Source: Candidatus Bathyarchaeia archaeon
Lineage (GTDB): Archaea; Thermoproteota; Bathyarchaeia; Bathyarchaeales; Bathycorpusculaceae
DNA: 64,000 nucleotides
Direction of reading: 5' to 3'
Assembly (NCBI GenBank): GCA_038727135.1
Contig: JAVYWL010000001.1
Location: forward strand, 480,001 to 544,000
Shown here piece by piece: positions 49,927 through 59,535 of the stretch. Numbering within the stretch: the first letter of the stretch is position 1; each line of letters begins with the position of its first letter. Below the pieces are notes generated by a model, which ran no database searches, had not been told where the DNA came from, and was given only the letters and a program-made list of their open reading frames with translations. The translations under genes and the position numbers were made by a program.

Positions 49927-50834
49927 AAAACATGGTTACAATTAAAGAGTTTCCTAAAGAGGAGTACCTGCTAAAAGGGCACGCGGCTTGTGCTGGGTGC
50001 GGTCCGTCAATAGCTCTTCGCCTCCTCTTTAAAGCTCTTGGAAACAAGGTCATCATGGTTGTTCCGGCATGCTGCACCACAGTTATCCAAGGGCCATACC
50101 CATACACTTCTTTTGCAGTTCCTCTTCAGAACATGCTTTTTGAAGCCACTGGTGCCACATGCTCGGGGATAGTGGCAGCTTTGAAAATTCGAGGTTTAGA
50201 GGATATAACAGTGGTTGGATGGGCTGGCGATGGAGGAACAGTGGACATAGGAATACAAGCCCTATCCGGCGCTGCAGAACGGGAAACCAACTTCATCTAC
50301 ATATGCTACGACAATGAGGCTTATGGCAACACTGGGCTTCAGAGAAGTGGGGCTACTCCCTATGGCGCTTGGACAACTACAACGCCTACCGGCAAGAAGG
50401 AGCGAAAGAAGAACATGCCCTTAATAATGGCTGCCCACAAGATACCGTATGTCGCAACCGCATGCCCCTCTTATCCTGTTGACTTTGTAAATAAGTTGAG
50501 GAAAGCTAAGGAAATTAAGGGAACCAAATACATCCATATCTTGGCTCCGTGTCCAACTGGCTGGCGCTATGACACTAGCAAAACTGTGGAGATTGGGCGG
50601 CTTGCGGTTCAAACCGGCATATGGGCTCTTTACGAAATCGAATATGGAAGGTTTAGGCTGAACCCACCGAGCGACCGCTTGATTGACAAGTCGAAGCGTA
50701 AGCCTGTTAGGGAATATTTGGCTATGCAGGATAGGTTCCGCTACTTGACGGAGGCTGACATTGAAAAGATTCAGCGGTGGGTTGACGAGGACTGGGAATA
50801 CTACCGAAAATTAGCCTCCAACGAGTGTGCCTGA
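49923..50834 (+). CDS. porB: 2-oxoacid:ferredoxin oxidoreductase beta subunit
   Basis: GHAACAGC, TPP motif GDGG...DNEAY.NTG.Q and PCPTGW. Confidence 0.93.
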   Translation: MKNMVTIKEFPKEEYLLKGHAACAGCGPSIALRLLFKALGNKVIMVVPACCTTVIQGPYPYTSFAVPLQNMLFEATGATCSGIVAALKIRGLEDITVVGWAGDGGTVDIGIQALSGAAERETNFIYICYDNEAYGNTGLQRSGATPYGAWTTTTPTGKKERKKNMPLIMAAHKIPYVATACPSYPVDFVNKLRKAKEIKGTKYIHILAPCPTGWRYDTSKTVEIGRLAVQTGIWALYEIEYGRFRLNPPSDRLIDKSKRKPVREYLAMQDRFRYLTEADIEKIQRWVDEDWEYYRKLASNECA

Positions 50835-50930
50835 TTTAACTCTGCACGGAAAAATATAAGAACTCCAACAACATTATGATACGATTACAACTGCCACCAT
50901 AGCGTTTAGATGCTGAAAAGGAGGTTAAGT

Positions 50931-51263
50931 ATGTCGGAGGAAAAGCCTAAGAAGACTGCCAAAGAGGAAAAAGCCGCCAAAACGGCACAAGCAAACGAAA
51001 ACACCGTGCTGATTGGCAAGAAACCAGTAATGAACTATGTGGTCGCCTGCTTAACCTTCTTCAACTCCGGTGCACAAAAAATTGTTGTGAAGGCTAGGGG
51101 GCGGGCGATCAGCAGAGCCGTCGACACTGTTGAGTTGTTGAGAAGGGCTTTCATGAAAGACCTACAACTGAAAGAAATCAAAATAGGCACTGAGGAGGTC
51201 ACCCGCGGCGAGGGACAGAAAACCAACGTTTCAACCATAGAAATAACCGTTGCAAAACCATAA
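50931..51263 (+). CDS. albA: Chromatin protein Alba
   Basis: [22 protein letters not shown] and VSTIEI motifs. Confidence 0.96.
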   Translation: MSEEKPKKTAKEEKAAKTAQANENTVLIGKKPVMNYVVACLTFFNSGAQKIVVKARGRAISRAVDTVELLRRAFMKDLQLKEIKIGTEEVTRGEGQKTNVSTIEITVAKP

Positions 51264-51414
51264 AGGGTTGTAACAGATACATCAAGGCATAAGCCAACAA
51301 TGTGCTAATGGCTATTTTATACTATAAATGATGTTTCTTTCTCTCGGCGTGGTTACAGATAGCTATATATAACTTGTTTTGGCTAAAAGTGGTTAATCCA
51401 GTCTGGTGAGGCGT

Positions 51415-52752
51415 ATGACTGATTATCCGAAAATTGTTGTAACTCCGCCGGGACCGAAAGCTAGAGAGCTTGTGAAAAAGGATGAGAGGTTCATTTCGCC
51501 TTCCTATGTGCGCTTCTACCCCCTCGTCGTCGAGTCTGGTAAGGGCTGCATAGTTAGGGATGTTGACGGAAACGAGTACATAGACTTTAACTCCGGGCTT
51601 GCGTGCTTAAATGTTGGTCATAACCATCCAAAAGTTATTGAAGCCATAAAAAGGCAGTGTGACCGCTTCCTTCACTATTCGAACACAGACTTCTACTATA
51701 ATGAGGTTGTCGCACTTGCCGAGAGACTTGCCGAAATTACTCCCGGAAATTTTGAGAAGAAGGTTTACTTCGGCAATAGTGGAACTGAGGCTGTTGAGGC
51801 GGCAATTAAGCTGGCTAGGTGGCACACGCGGAAACAGCTTTTCATAGGTTTCATTAACGCCTTTCATGGGCGGACAATAGGCTCCTTGTCCTTTACGGCT
51901 AGCAAGCCAACTCAAAGGCGCTATTTCTTCCCCCTAATGCCAGGGGTAAACCATGTTCCGTACCCGTACTGTTATCGTTGCCCCTTTAAGCAGACCTACC
52001 CCGACTGCCACTATTGGTGTGTTGACTTCATCGACGAGTTTGTTCTGCAAAAGTATGCGCCGCCAGAGGACGTTGCCGCAATTGTTTTCGAGCCTATTCA
52101 AGGGGAGGGCGGATACGTTGTTCCACCGCCAGAATACTTCCAACGCCTAAAGAAACTAGCCGACAAATACGGCATCCTGCTAATAGATGATGAAGTTCAA
52201 TCTGGAATAGGGAGAACTGGGAAATGGTTCGCCATTGAACACTGGAATGTAGAGCCAGACATAATATGCAGTGCTAAGGCTTTGGCTTCTGGACTGCCGT
52301 TGGGCGCAACTATTGCAAAGGCGAAAATAATGGATTGGGTTGGAGGCTCTCACGCCAGCACTTTCGGCGGAAACCCGCTTTCATGCGTTGCGGCAATAGC
52401 CGTCATAGACGCCATTAAAGAAGAGCGACTGCTGGAAAACGCCACCAAGCAAGGAACCTACATCATGAAGAGACTTGAAGAGCTGAAAGAGAAAAGCGAA
52501 ATAGTTGGAGACGTCAGAGGCAAGGGCTTAATGATTGGCGTTGAATTCGTAGAGGACAAGGATAGCAAAAAACCAGCACCCCAAAAAGCAAATGAGATTA
52601 TGCTGAGGTCATGGAAGCGCGGGGTAGCCGTCATCACATGTGGAATTTCAACCCTAAGAATTGTGCCGCCCCTCAACATTACAAGAGAGCTTGTGGATGC
52701 CGGACTAGAAATAATCGAAGATGTTGTAAGGGAAGTTGAAAAGGAGAAGTAG
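51415..52752 (+). CDS. Class III PLP aminotransferase (4-aminobutyrate/ornithine-type)
   Basis: NSGTEA, AFHGRT, EPIQGEGG, DEVQSG.GRTG and TFGGNP motifs. Confidence 0.93.
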   Translation: MTDYPKIVVTPPGPKARELVKKDERFISPSYVRFYPLVVESGKGCIVRDVDGNEYIDFNSGLACLNVGHNHPKVIEAIKRQCDRFLHYSNTDFYYNEVVALAERLAEITPGNFEKKVYFGNSGTEAVEAAIKLARWHTRKQLFIGFINAFHGRTIGSLSFTASKPTQRRYFFPLMPGVNHVPYPYCYRCPFKQTYPDCHYWCVDFIDEFVLQKYAPPEDVAAIVFEPIQGEGGYVVPPPEYFQRLKKLADKYGILLIDDEVQSGIGRTGKWFAIEHWNVEPDIICSAKALASGLPLGATIAKAKIMDWVGGSHASTFGGNPLSCVAAIAVIDAIKEERLLENATKQGTYIMKRLEELKEKSEIVGDVRGKGLMIGVEFVEDKDSKKPAPQKANEIMLRSWKRGVAVITCGISTLRIVPPLNITRELVDAGLEIIEDVVREVEKEK

Positions 52753-52768
52753 AGGCTAAAGGCGTTTC

Positions 52769-53197
52769 ATGGAAATTCGAGAATTAACAATAGACCACTA
52801 TGAAGAGCTCATCAACCTTTGGCGTAGGGCAGGTTTACCCTTCAAACCGAAGGGGAGAGACAGCAAAGAAGCCATAGCAAGGCAGATAAGCGCGAACCCA
52901 GAATTTTTCTTGGGAGCTTTCGAAAATGGTAGGCTGATTGGCGCGGTTATTTTAAGTTCTGATGGGCGAAAAGGCTGGATAAACCGGCTGGCAGTAGACC
53001 CAAGTTTTAGGCGCCGCGGCATTGCAAGTGCCTTGGTTGCTGAAGCTGAAAGAGTCTTTTTAAAGCATGGTATCAAAATTTTCTGTGCGCTAGTTGAGGA
53101 TGAGAATGAGGTTTCTAAAAGGCTTTTCAGAAAATGCGGATACATGGAACACCGTGATATAATCTACTTTAGTAAGCGCGAATCCGATGATATCTAG
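52769..53197 (+). CDS. GNAT-family N-acetyltransferase
   Basis: LAVDPSFRRRGIA acetyl-CoA motif; N...LF.KCGY. Confidence 0.92.
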   Translation: MEIRELTIDHYEELINLWRRAGLPFKPKGRDSKEAIARQISANPEFFLGAFENGRLIGAVILSSDGRKGWINRLAVDPSFRRRGIASALVAEAERVFLKHGIKIFCALVEDENEVSKRLFRKCGYMEHRDIIYFSKRESDDI

Positions 53198-53769
53198 AAG
53201 CTGGAAGGCTTCGCTATAACCTCTTTTATTTTTAAATCGAAGAATCTTGCACTGTTTGCTGGTTGTATGCGCAACGCTGTGTCGGCGCCTCTGCCGGTCC
53301 CGGCTATAGCTATGACATCTCTATCAGCCGGTATTAGTCCAGCGTCAGCTGCCATGAGAACAATTTCTACGCATACTTTTGTTCCTTCCCCCATAAGCCT
53401 GAGAACATTGGCGATAAGCTCTAGGGGCTGAAGGGTTCCAAAATCCTTTCGTATGGCTCGCTCAACGCTGCTGAGGGCGTGGGTTCCCGTGAAAATTTTG
53501 CCACCGTTATTTAGAATTTCTTTCTTAAATTCCTCTTTTAGCTCGCTTTCTCCCGGCTTTTGGAAGCCAACATGATGAGTTACAACGACAACGTTGTAGC
53601 CTTTGAAAATTTTTGAGGCTTTTGCACCAGTCTCGCCTGTTGTGGACGCAACAACAATGTCTCTTATGCCTTCCTTTTCTGCGTATTCTTTAACAATTTC
53701 CAGCAGTGTGTCCGTGTTGGCTTTCCCAGCGCTTTTGAAATATGCAGTTTTCCTTTCAATGTAGCTCAT
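53194..53769 (-). CDS. Stand-alone pyruvate-kinase C-terminal-like domain protein (MTH1675-like)
   Basis: GKANT, VVASTTGET, VVVTHH, KVCVEI..MAADAG and GRGADTA motifs. Confidence 0.85.
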   Translation of the reverse strand: MSYIERKTAYFKSAGKANTDTLLEIVKEYAEKEGIRDIVVASTTGETGAKASKIFKGYNVVVVTHHVGFQKPGESELKEEFKKEILNNGGKIFTGTHALSSVERAIRKDFGTLQPLELIANVLRLMGEGTKVCVEIVLMAADAGLIPADRDVIAIAGTGRGADTALRIQPANSARFFDLKIKEVIAKPSSF

Positions 53770-53787
53770 TTCATCCCAACCTCGTTC

Positions 53788-54321
53788 TTACTCTTTTTGA
53801 GAGGTTTTTCTTAATGGTTTCCTTTTAAGCTCTGTGCCACAAATTTGACATTTACTTAACTTGTAGTCTGAAGGATATTTTCTGTGGCATGCGGGACAAT
53901 ACCTCACCCACTTTAGCGGTTGGCGTATGCCAAAAGTTATAAGGGACGCGAACTCTATGCCCAGGTGTTTAGCCACGTTCTGGATGGAATAGTCGTCTGT
54001 TGCCACTAGCGGTGTGCATCCCTGCATTTTCAACTGCAAAGCTAAAGCCAAAACCTGCACATCTGTCTCAGAAAGCCAAAAGGCATCTCCAACAGCTTCA
54101 GCCGAAGCCTTAACCTCGTCGATGAAAGCTTTTCCAGGCGTCTGAATTTTTAGGCGTCCACTTTCGATGGCTGTTTTAAAGCGTATTCGGGCTATGCGGC
54201 TCCCCGCCACCTCCTCCCTAACCAAGGGAACTGTATACTGCTCCTCGCTTATCGAGAACGGATCGAAGCCAGCCACAAAAGCCGAAGTGTCTAGGACAAT
54301 AACCCTTTTGATGGCGGCCGT
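53788..54321 (-). CDS. nob1: Nob1 rRNA-processing PIN nuclease, probable ACG start
   Basis: The VIVLDTSAF PIN motif lies upstream of the ORF-track start; LSETD, TDDYSIQNVA and CPAC...CQICG follow. Confidence 0.88.
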   Translation of the reverse strand, partial: TAAIKRVIVLDTSAFVAGFDPFSISEEQYTVPLVREEVAGSRIARIRFKTAIESGRLKIQTPGKAFIDEVKASAEAVGDAFWLSETDVQVLALALQLKMQGCTPLVATDDYSIQNVAKHLGIEFASLITFGIRQPLKWVRYCPACHRKYPSDYKLSKCQICGTELKRKPLRKTSQKE

Positions 54322-55169
54322 TAGATTTTTCCTCCAAACCCGCGGAAGATAAGCCTACCCCTCAAACGGTTGTAGAAGTTTTCCCGAAACCTAATGAAGG
54401 TTGTCGCGTTTTCTGAACGTGTAACTGTTATGCATGGATTTTTAGATTCTAAAACATGCCTATAGGCTCCATCAACAACAACCATAATTCGTTTAGGCCT
54501 TAACACGGTAACCATAATTTTTGAATCACTTGGGAAAACTATTGAGCGTAAAACGCTTAGGGAGCATATGGGCGTTAAAACAAAAGCATCAACATTTGGG
54601 TCTAGAACTGGTCCACCAGCTGAAAGCGAATAACCTGTTGATCCGGTTTGGGTGGCCACCATCAACCCGTCTGCTTGGCAATCTAAAACATGCTCACCAT
54701 TTTTTGAAACTTTAGCGTATAGCAGTTTTACTGGCTCATCTACGGCTATGAGAACCTCGTTTAATGCATCTGGAATTTTTGCGTTATCCGCTGTTATGGC
54801 GAGTTTTGCGCATTTCTCCGTTATATAATCGCCCTTGAGACACCTTTCAACAGCCGTGTAAGCCTCTTTCGGCGTGACTTCTGTCAAAAAACCCCGAACA
54901 CCCATATTTATCGCCAAGATTGGGGGTTCAGGCTTTGGGATTGCAACACATGTCCTTAAAATTGTTCCGTCTCCGCCAATCGTTATTATAAGGTCTGTTT
55001 TCATGTCTTCCAGCGGGCGGAAGTTTCCTCCCTTCTTGACTTTTCCCTTCAACGTTTCTTCGACGTAAACCTCTAAGCCCTTTTTTTCTATGTATGCCGC
55101 TAGGTCTTCTGCAAGTTTTATGGCGTTTCGCTTGTCATAGCGGGCCACTATACCGACGCTTTTGAACAT
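54321..55169 (-). CDS. nadK: NAD kinase
   Basis: GGDGT, GFL, NE and DGLMVATQTGSTGYSLSAGGP motifs. Confidence 0.95.
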   Translation of the reverse strand: MFKSVGIVARYDKRNAIKLAEDLAAYIEKKGLEVYVEETLKGKVKKGGNFRPLEDMKTDLIITIGGDGTILRTCVAIPKPEPPILAINMGVRGFLTEVTPKEAYTAVERCLKGDYITEKCAKLAITADNAKIPDALNEVLIAVDEPVKLLYAKVSKNGEHVLDCQADGLMVATQTGSTGYSLSAGGPVLDPNVDAFVLTPICSLSVLRSIVFPSDSKIMVTVLRPKRIMVVVDGAYRHVLESKNPCITVTRSENATTFIRFRENFYNRLRGRLIFRGFGGKI

Positions 55170-55261
55170 TTCCCTCCCTTCGACAGCGAAATCTTTAAAC
55201 TCAACTTATATATGGGTGTTGTTTAAAATTGCTGTGGTGAAACGTTTAAGCTGGTGGTAAT

Positions 55262-55654
55262 GTGAGCAAACCCGTGGATGTTGGGAGTCTTCGCGAAGGC
55301 GGATACATTATTGTTGATGGGGAACCATGCCGAATAGTTGAGATAACAAAGTCTAAGCCGGGAAAACATGGCTCTGCGAAGGCGCGGATAGTTGCCATAG
55401 GCATCTTCGACAGCGTGAAAAGAAGCATTGTTAAACCGGTGGATGCAACAGCTGAAGTACCTATAATTGAAAAAAGAAGTGGACAAGTTTTCGCCGTCAC
55501 GCCTACAAGCGTCCAGATTATGGATTTAGAAACTTACGAATATTTGGATGCACCATATCCCGAAGAGGAGGAGCTTAAGGCTAAGCTGGCGCCAGGCGTT
55601 GAAATAGAATACTGGAAGATACTTGGCAAAGTTAAGATTGTAAGAACAAAATGA
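55262..55654 (+). CDS. eif5a: Translation factor aIF-5A
   Basis: Hypusine motif SKPGKHGSAK. Confidence 0.97.
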   Translation: MSKPVDVGSLREGGYIIVDGEPCRIVEITKSKPGKHGSAKARIVAIGIFDSVKRSIVKPVDATAEVPIIEKRSGQVFAVTPTSVQIMDLETYEYLDAPYPEEEELKAKLAPGVEIEYWKILGKVKIVRTK

Positions 55655-55685
55655 TCTCGTTTGTTTTACTTTGGGGACTTGCTAG

Positions 55686-55895
55686 TTACCGCCACCACTC
55701 CCAGTCTAACCTTTTAAAGCCTATGTATAGGATTAAGAGGATGACACCCCAGCTTAGGGCTATTGCCGCGGCTTCTAGGATCACGTTTCCGCTTAGGTAG
55801 GTGTAGCTTGCCCAAGCGCTTAGTCCGCATAAGCCTACGAGAATAAGGATGAACATGGCGAATTGTATTGCCCTTTCCGCGGTCAAATGTGTCAC
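55686..55895 (-). CDS. Small two-TM membrane protein
   Basis: 69 aa with two hydrophobic helices; fills an intergenic gap. Confidence 0.55.
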   Translation of the reverse strand: MTHLTAERAIQFAMFILILVGLCGLSAWASYTYLSGNVILEAAAIALSWGVILLILYIGFKRLDWEWWR

Positions 55896-55974
55896 CGGCT
55901 AAACCTAGTTTTAGGCAGTTTTTGTTTTAAGATTTTTCATTAAGCTTATTTGGCAGTTTTGTCCCTTTAACTTT

Positions 55975-56039
55975 TGAAGCCGATGATGCGAGAAGAGCCG
56001 TCTGAATTGTGACGACGTCTGAGGAGAGCTGAGGCTTCA
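55975..56039 (+). ncRNA. Box C/D guide sRNA
   Basis: Terminal stem TGAAGCC/GGCTTCA; C box ATGATGC (55983); 12-nt guide; D' CTGA (56002); C' GTGACGA (56009); 13-nt guide; D CTGA (56029). Confidence 0.88.
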
Positions 56040-56486
56040 TTCGATTGGAATTTCATACTCGTGTTTTCTTGGTAAGCGGATTTCTAGTATACCTCTTTTG
56101 AAGCGGATTTCCATTCGGTCCATGTAGACGGGCACCGGAATCCGTGTTTGGCAGTGGAATCTTTGGAACTCGCCTCTGTGGTGGGTTATGCCAAACTCGT
56201 CAAAGCTTATTTTGCGTCGCATTTTCGCCGAAATTTCGATGGTGTCTCTGCTTATGGGTTTAACCTCTATCGTGTTCTGCTCGGCATAGGGCAGATCAAC
56301 AGTCACTATTACTTCGTCGGCTGTTACCATAATATCCCGCAGCGGCTCCATGGTGCATGTCCTACAGTTCCAGCTGGGCCTTTCCATTAGGGTTTCTCTT
56401 ACTCTTTCAGCCCATAATTCAAGGCTTTCAAAATACTCGTCTATTATGTCGAAGATTGAGCGCCTTCTGCGGCTATAATCCGACAT
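56037..56486 (-). CDS. Small heat-shock protein (Hsp20)
   Basis: VTVDLP, F.RGILEIRLP and C-terminal IPIE (IxI) motif. Confidence 0.88.
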   Translation of the reverse strand: MSDYSRRRRSIFDIIDEYFESLELWAERVRETLMERPSWNCRTCTMEPLRDIMVTADEVIVTVDLPYAEQNTIEVKPISRDTIEISAKMRRKISFDEFGITHHRGEFQRFHCQTRIPVPVYMDRMEIRFKRGILEIRLPRKHEYEIPIE

Positions 56487-56500
56487 TCTCCATCAGCCTC

Positions 56501-57247
56501 CTAGGAAATGTATAATGGTATGTCGTATTCCTGTGTCTTCCGCATTTTCGCCAGTTCCTGCTGTGTTCTCTTCATCATGTCCCTTGCTTTTAGGCGTATC
56601 TCCTCGCCTTTTTCCAAAAGCTTTGAAACATCCACCTTCACTCCCGTTAAATTCGCAAGTTGTTCTAATGCTTTGGCTGCGGCCTCCGGATCTGGGTAGT
56701 TGAAGAAGCATTGTGCCAAAAGTGTCAAAGCTGGCACTCCGAGGGTGGCGCAGTACTGGAGCATAACCGCTTGGGGGCCGACCATGTAACCTTCCCTCAA
56801 AATTTCTAAACCCTTATCCTGAACCAATTTCAGCATTTCTGGACTTGAGGCTGCTGCGAAAACCTTCAATTCGTCAAGGTCTTGTCTATCTTGAACTGGT
56901 ATGCCGCTTAGTGAAATCATCATTTTAGCCCCTTTGGTTTTTCCCCAGTCGATTAGCGCGTGCATTACTGGGTAGATGAGGTCTTCCCGTAGGGCTGTTT
57001 CTGAAACTGCTAGGAGGATTTGGTGATTTCCAAAAATCCTTATGGGCGAGTGTGGAAGCCCCTCATGCAAGACTATCACTGGGGGCAGAAGCCTTGAATC
57101 CATGTAGGCAACCTCCTCCAACCCAAGCTCTGAAATTAGGTGGGAGGCTGCTATGACTCCGACTAGTCCCACGTCTGGGAAGCCGAAAACCATGACGGCC
57201 CCTTTTGGAATCTCCTTCCTCTCAATAATTTTGATTTCTTCGCTCAA
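56501..57247 (-). CDS. Proteasome assembly chaperone (PAC2/PbaA-B family)
   Basis: GFPDVGLVGVIA, PIRI, PDPEAA and a C-terminal LYIS tail. Confidence 0.9.
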   Translation of the reverse strand: MSEEIKIIERKEIPKGAVMVFGFPDVGLVGVIAASHLISELGLEEVAYMDSRLLPPVIVLHEGLPHSPIRIFGNHQILLAVSETALREDLIYPVMHALIDWGKTKGAKMMISLSGIPVQDRQDLDELKVFAAASSPEMLKLVQDKGLEILREGYMVGPQAVMLQYCATLGVPALTLLAQCFFNYPDPEAAAKALEQLANLTGVKVDVSKLLEKGEEIRLKARDMMKRTQQELAKMRKTQEYDIPLYIS

Positions 57248-57321
57248 AATTTAACCCTCTTGAAAATGTTCTGTTGGGAAACTGTAAAAAGCTTGCGGCA
57301 AAAGCCTTAACTTAACAAGCT

Positions 57322-59427
57322 TTAAGGGTCGTTAGCCATAAACTGCTCTATTCTGGTGAGTATTTTCTCTATTTGGAAATGAGCCTTCATCTCTTTTTGC
57401 CATTCTTCTGGCAGTTTGCGTTTAAATCTTCCAGCGGCACGCTTGTCCATGATGACTATTATGCCTCTATCTTCTGGGCTGCGTAAGAGTCTCCCGGCTG
57501 ACTGGGCTAGCGCATTTAGGCATGGCATGTTGTTGGCGTATTCTATGGCTTTAGCCCCGAACTTCTCTTTAAAGTACTTGTAGAGGGCTGCTTGAAGCTC
57601 TGTCTTTTTTGGAAACGGCAACCCAACAATAATGACTGCTGAAAGTAGGCTTTTCCCCTCCATTGTCATGTCAACACCCTCGCTTATTTTTCCCCTTGCC
57701 ACGCCGAAGACAACGCAGCTTCCATTTTCCTCTAAAAACTTGAGGACGTCCAGAATCTTTGTTCGCTTTTCTTCTACTAGCAGTGGCTGTTCCAGCTTGA
57801 CTATTTGGGCGATGTCTCTCATTACCTCGTATGATGGGAAGTACACGGCGACTCTTCCGCCAACTTTTTGGATTATTTGGCTGAGGTGGGCTGCTATGCG
57901 CTTCCATTGTATTTCGTTGCGTTTCTCAAACTTTGTCGTAACAGCCTCATCCACAAGTATAAGCCTATTCTCTGGTGGGAAGGGGTTTGGAAGCTCTAGG
58001 CTTTGGCAGCGGCTTCTGTCAAGACCTAAAACATCCATGTAATAGTCCATGTTCCACAAAGTGCCGGACATAAGTATGGTGGAGCGAAGCTCGTTGATTA
58101 TGCCAGCCGCCAATGAGGGGTCAAGGCATTTGATTCCAAGCCTCACACGTTTTTTCTGGTCTCTGTCCACTTCAACTTTAACATATCGCACATAGCTTGA
58201 ACCTGTTAAGCTTACCCAATTGGAGAGAAATTCTACGCAACGTGAGAGATATGATATTGGACTTTTTCCCATCTCGCTTCTTTTGACGCGGATTTGTTCA
58301 CCCTTGTCAGCCAGTTCTTGCAGTAGTGCATCCAGTTTTTCGTGGTTGATTTTGAGTTTCTCGCCTAAGGCATAGGTTAGCGCTTCTCCATCGATTATGT
58401 GTTCAATGTCCAATCCATAGTTTCTGTAAACCTTTTTTCCAAAATTCACCATGATTGTGTATAAGGCTTCTAAAAAGCCCGAGTCGTCGATCTCGAAGTT
58501 TTTAATCTCTTTATGTGCTCTTCTGACAGACCTTGATGAGAGTTCTTCTGAAAATATGCCGCTTGCATAGTATGGGAGGCTGTGAGCCTCATCAAAGACG
58601 CAGTTAATTGCCTTCGTGCGTATTCCGGCTTTTCCCAATATTGAGCCGCGTATAGCGTCCACCAGAATGTAGTTGTAATTGCCTATGACGATGTCTGCGT
58701 AGCGTGTCAGAATCTTTGTAACTTCGTAGGGGCATAATCCCTCGTCGCGGCATATTTCATAGGTTTCCTCTGGCAGTAGGGGTCCAATCTTCTTTATTTT
58801 GCCTACTAGATTGTAGGCTTGCCAGCTTGGCTTCCACCCGTCATATGTTCTTTCATAGTATTCACATGTTTTGCCGAACAAGCCTTCCTTCATGCCCTTG
58901 CAGTAGTAGAGGAAGTCCCGGTAGGCTATGTCCTTAAGCTTGGGGTCTTCGAAGGCATGGGGGCACATTTCCTTCTTGCTCTTAAAGATGGATGCGGCAA
59001 AACTTACGCCACTGTGGTCTTTTATGTTCTTTAGCTCTCTTGAGTAGATTTCAAGCTGATTTTTCGTTCTAGTTAAGGCAATGAGCCTTCCAATAGAAGG
59101 ATTTTGTTCTTTCGCCACGAAAAAGGCTGTTAAAACCGAGATGGATTTTCCAGTGCCGCATGGGGAGCATAGCAAACCAATTCTTCCTTCTTTGAAGGTT
59201 TGGTAGGCGAATTTTATGGCTTTAATCTGGAAGGGGCGGAAACTCTGGTAAGGAAAGAACTTCCTAACTAGATCATCAAAATGTTCTTCATCTTCCTCTT
59301 TTATTGCAGTTTGATGCACCGCTGTTCTTGTCAAAAAGGTTCCACAGCTTCCACAGAAATGGCTCTTCAAATATTCCTCGGCGGTGTAGGTCCTCCCGCA
59401 TCGGCGGCAGATGTAAACTGTTTCCAT
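57322..59427 (-). CDS. xpd: XPD/Rad3-type Fe-S DNA helicase with N-terminal zinc ribbon
   Basis: R..Q motif, PCGTGKS, Fe-S cysteines (MCP, CK, CEYY, CPYE), DEAH, SGTL, SEGVD and QSAGRLLR. Confidence 0.88.
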   Translation of the reverse strand: METVYICRRCGRTYTAEEYLKSHFCGSCGTFLTRTAVHQTAIKEEDEEHFDDLVRKFFPYQSFRPFQIKAIKFAYQTFKEGRIGLLCSPCGTGKSISVLTAFFVAKEQNPSIGRLIALTRTKNQLEIYSRELKNIKDHSGVSFAASIFKSKKEMCPHAFEDPKLKDIAYRDFLYYCKGMKEGLFGKTCEYYERTYDGWKPSWQAYNLVGKIKKIGPLLPEETYEICRDEGLCPYEVTKILTRYADIVIGNYNYILVDAIRGSILGKAGIRTKAINCVFDEAHSLPYYASGIFSEELSSRSVRRAHKEIKNFEIDDSGFLEALYTIMVNFGKKVYRNYGLDIEHIIDGEALTYALGEKLKINHEKLDALLQELADKGEQIRVKRSEMGKSPISYLSRCVEFLSNWVSLTGSSYVRYVKVEVDRDQKKRVRLGIKCLDPSLAAGIINELRSTILMSGTLWNMDYYMDVLGLDRSRCQSLELPNPFPPENRLILVDEAVTTKFEKRNEIQWKRIAAHLSQIIQKVGGRVAVYFPSYEVMRDIAQIVKLEQPLLVEEKRTKILDVLKFLEENGSCVVFGVARGKISEGVDMTMEGKSLLSAVIIVGLPFPKKTELQAALYKYFKEKFGAKAIEYANNMPCLNALAQSAGRLLRSPEDRGIIVIMDKRAAGRFKRKLPEEWQKEMKAHFQIEKILTRIEQFMANDP

Positions 59428-59535
59428 TTTTGGGTTTTCACTAACTTTACTAGTGGCTTTCGTAGTAAAAGAGGTTTGCCTAGTTAGGACTTGTGAAAAT
59501 GTTAGGTTTAAGTTCTCTGTAAAGCCATTTATTGA

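Noticed and set aside
51264-51414. Intergenic region after alba with ATGATG and repeated ACAGATA, considered as an sRNA
   Set aside because: No correctly spaced CTGA D boxes or terminal stem.
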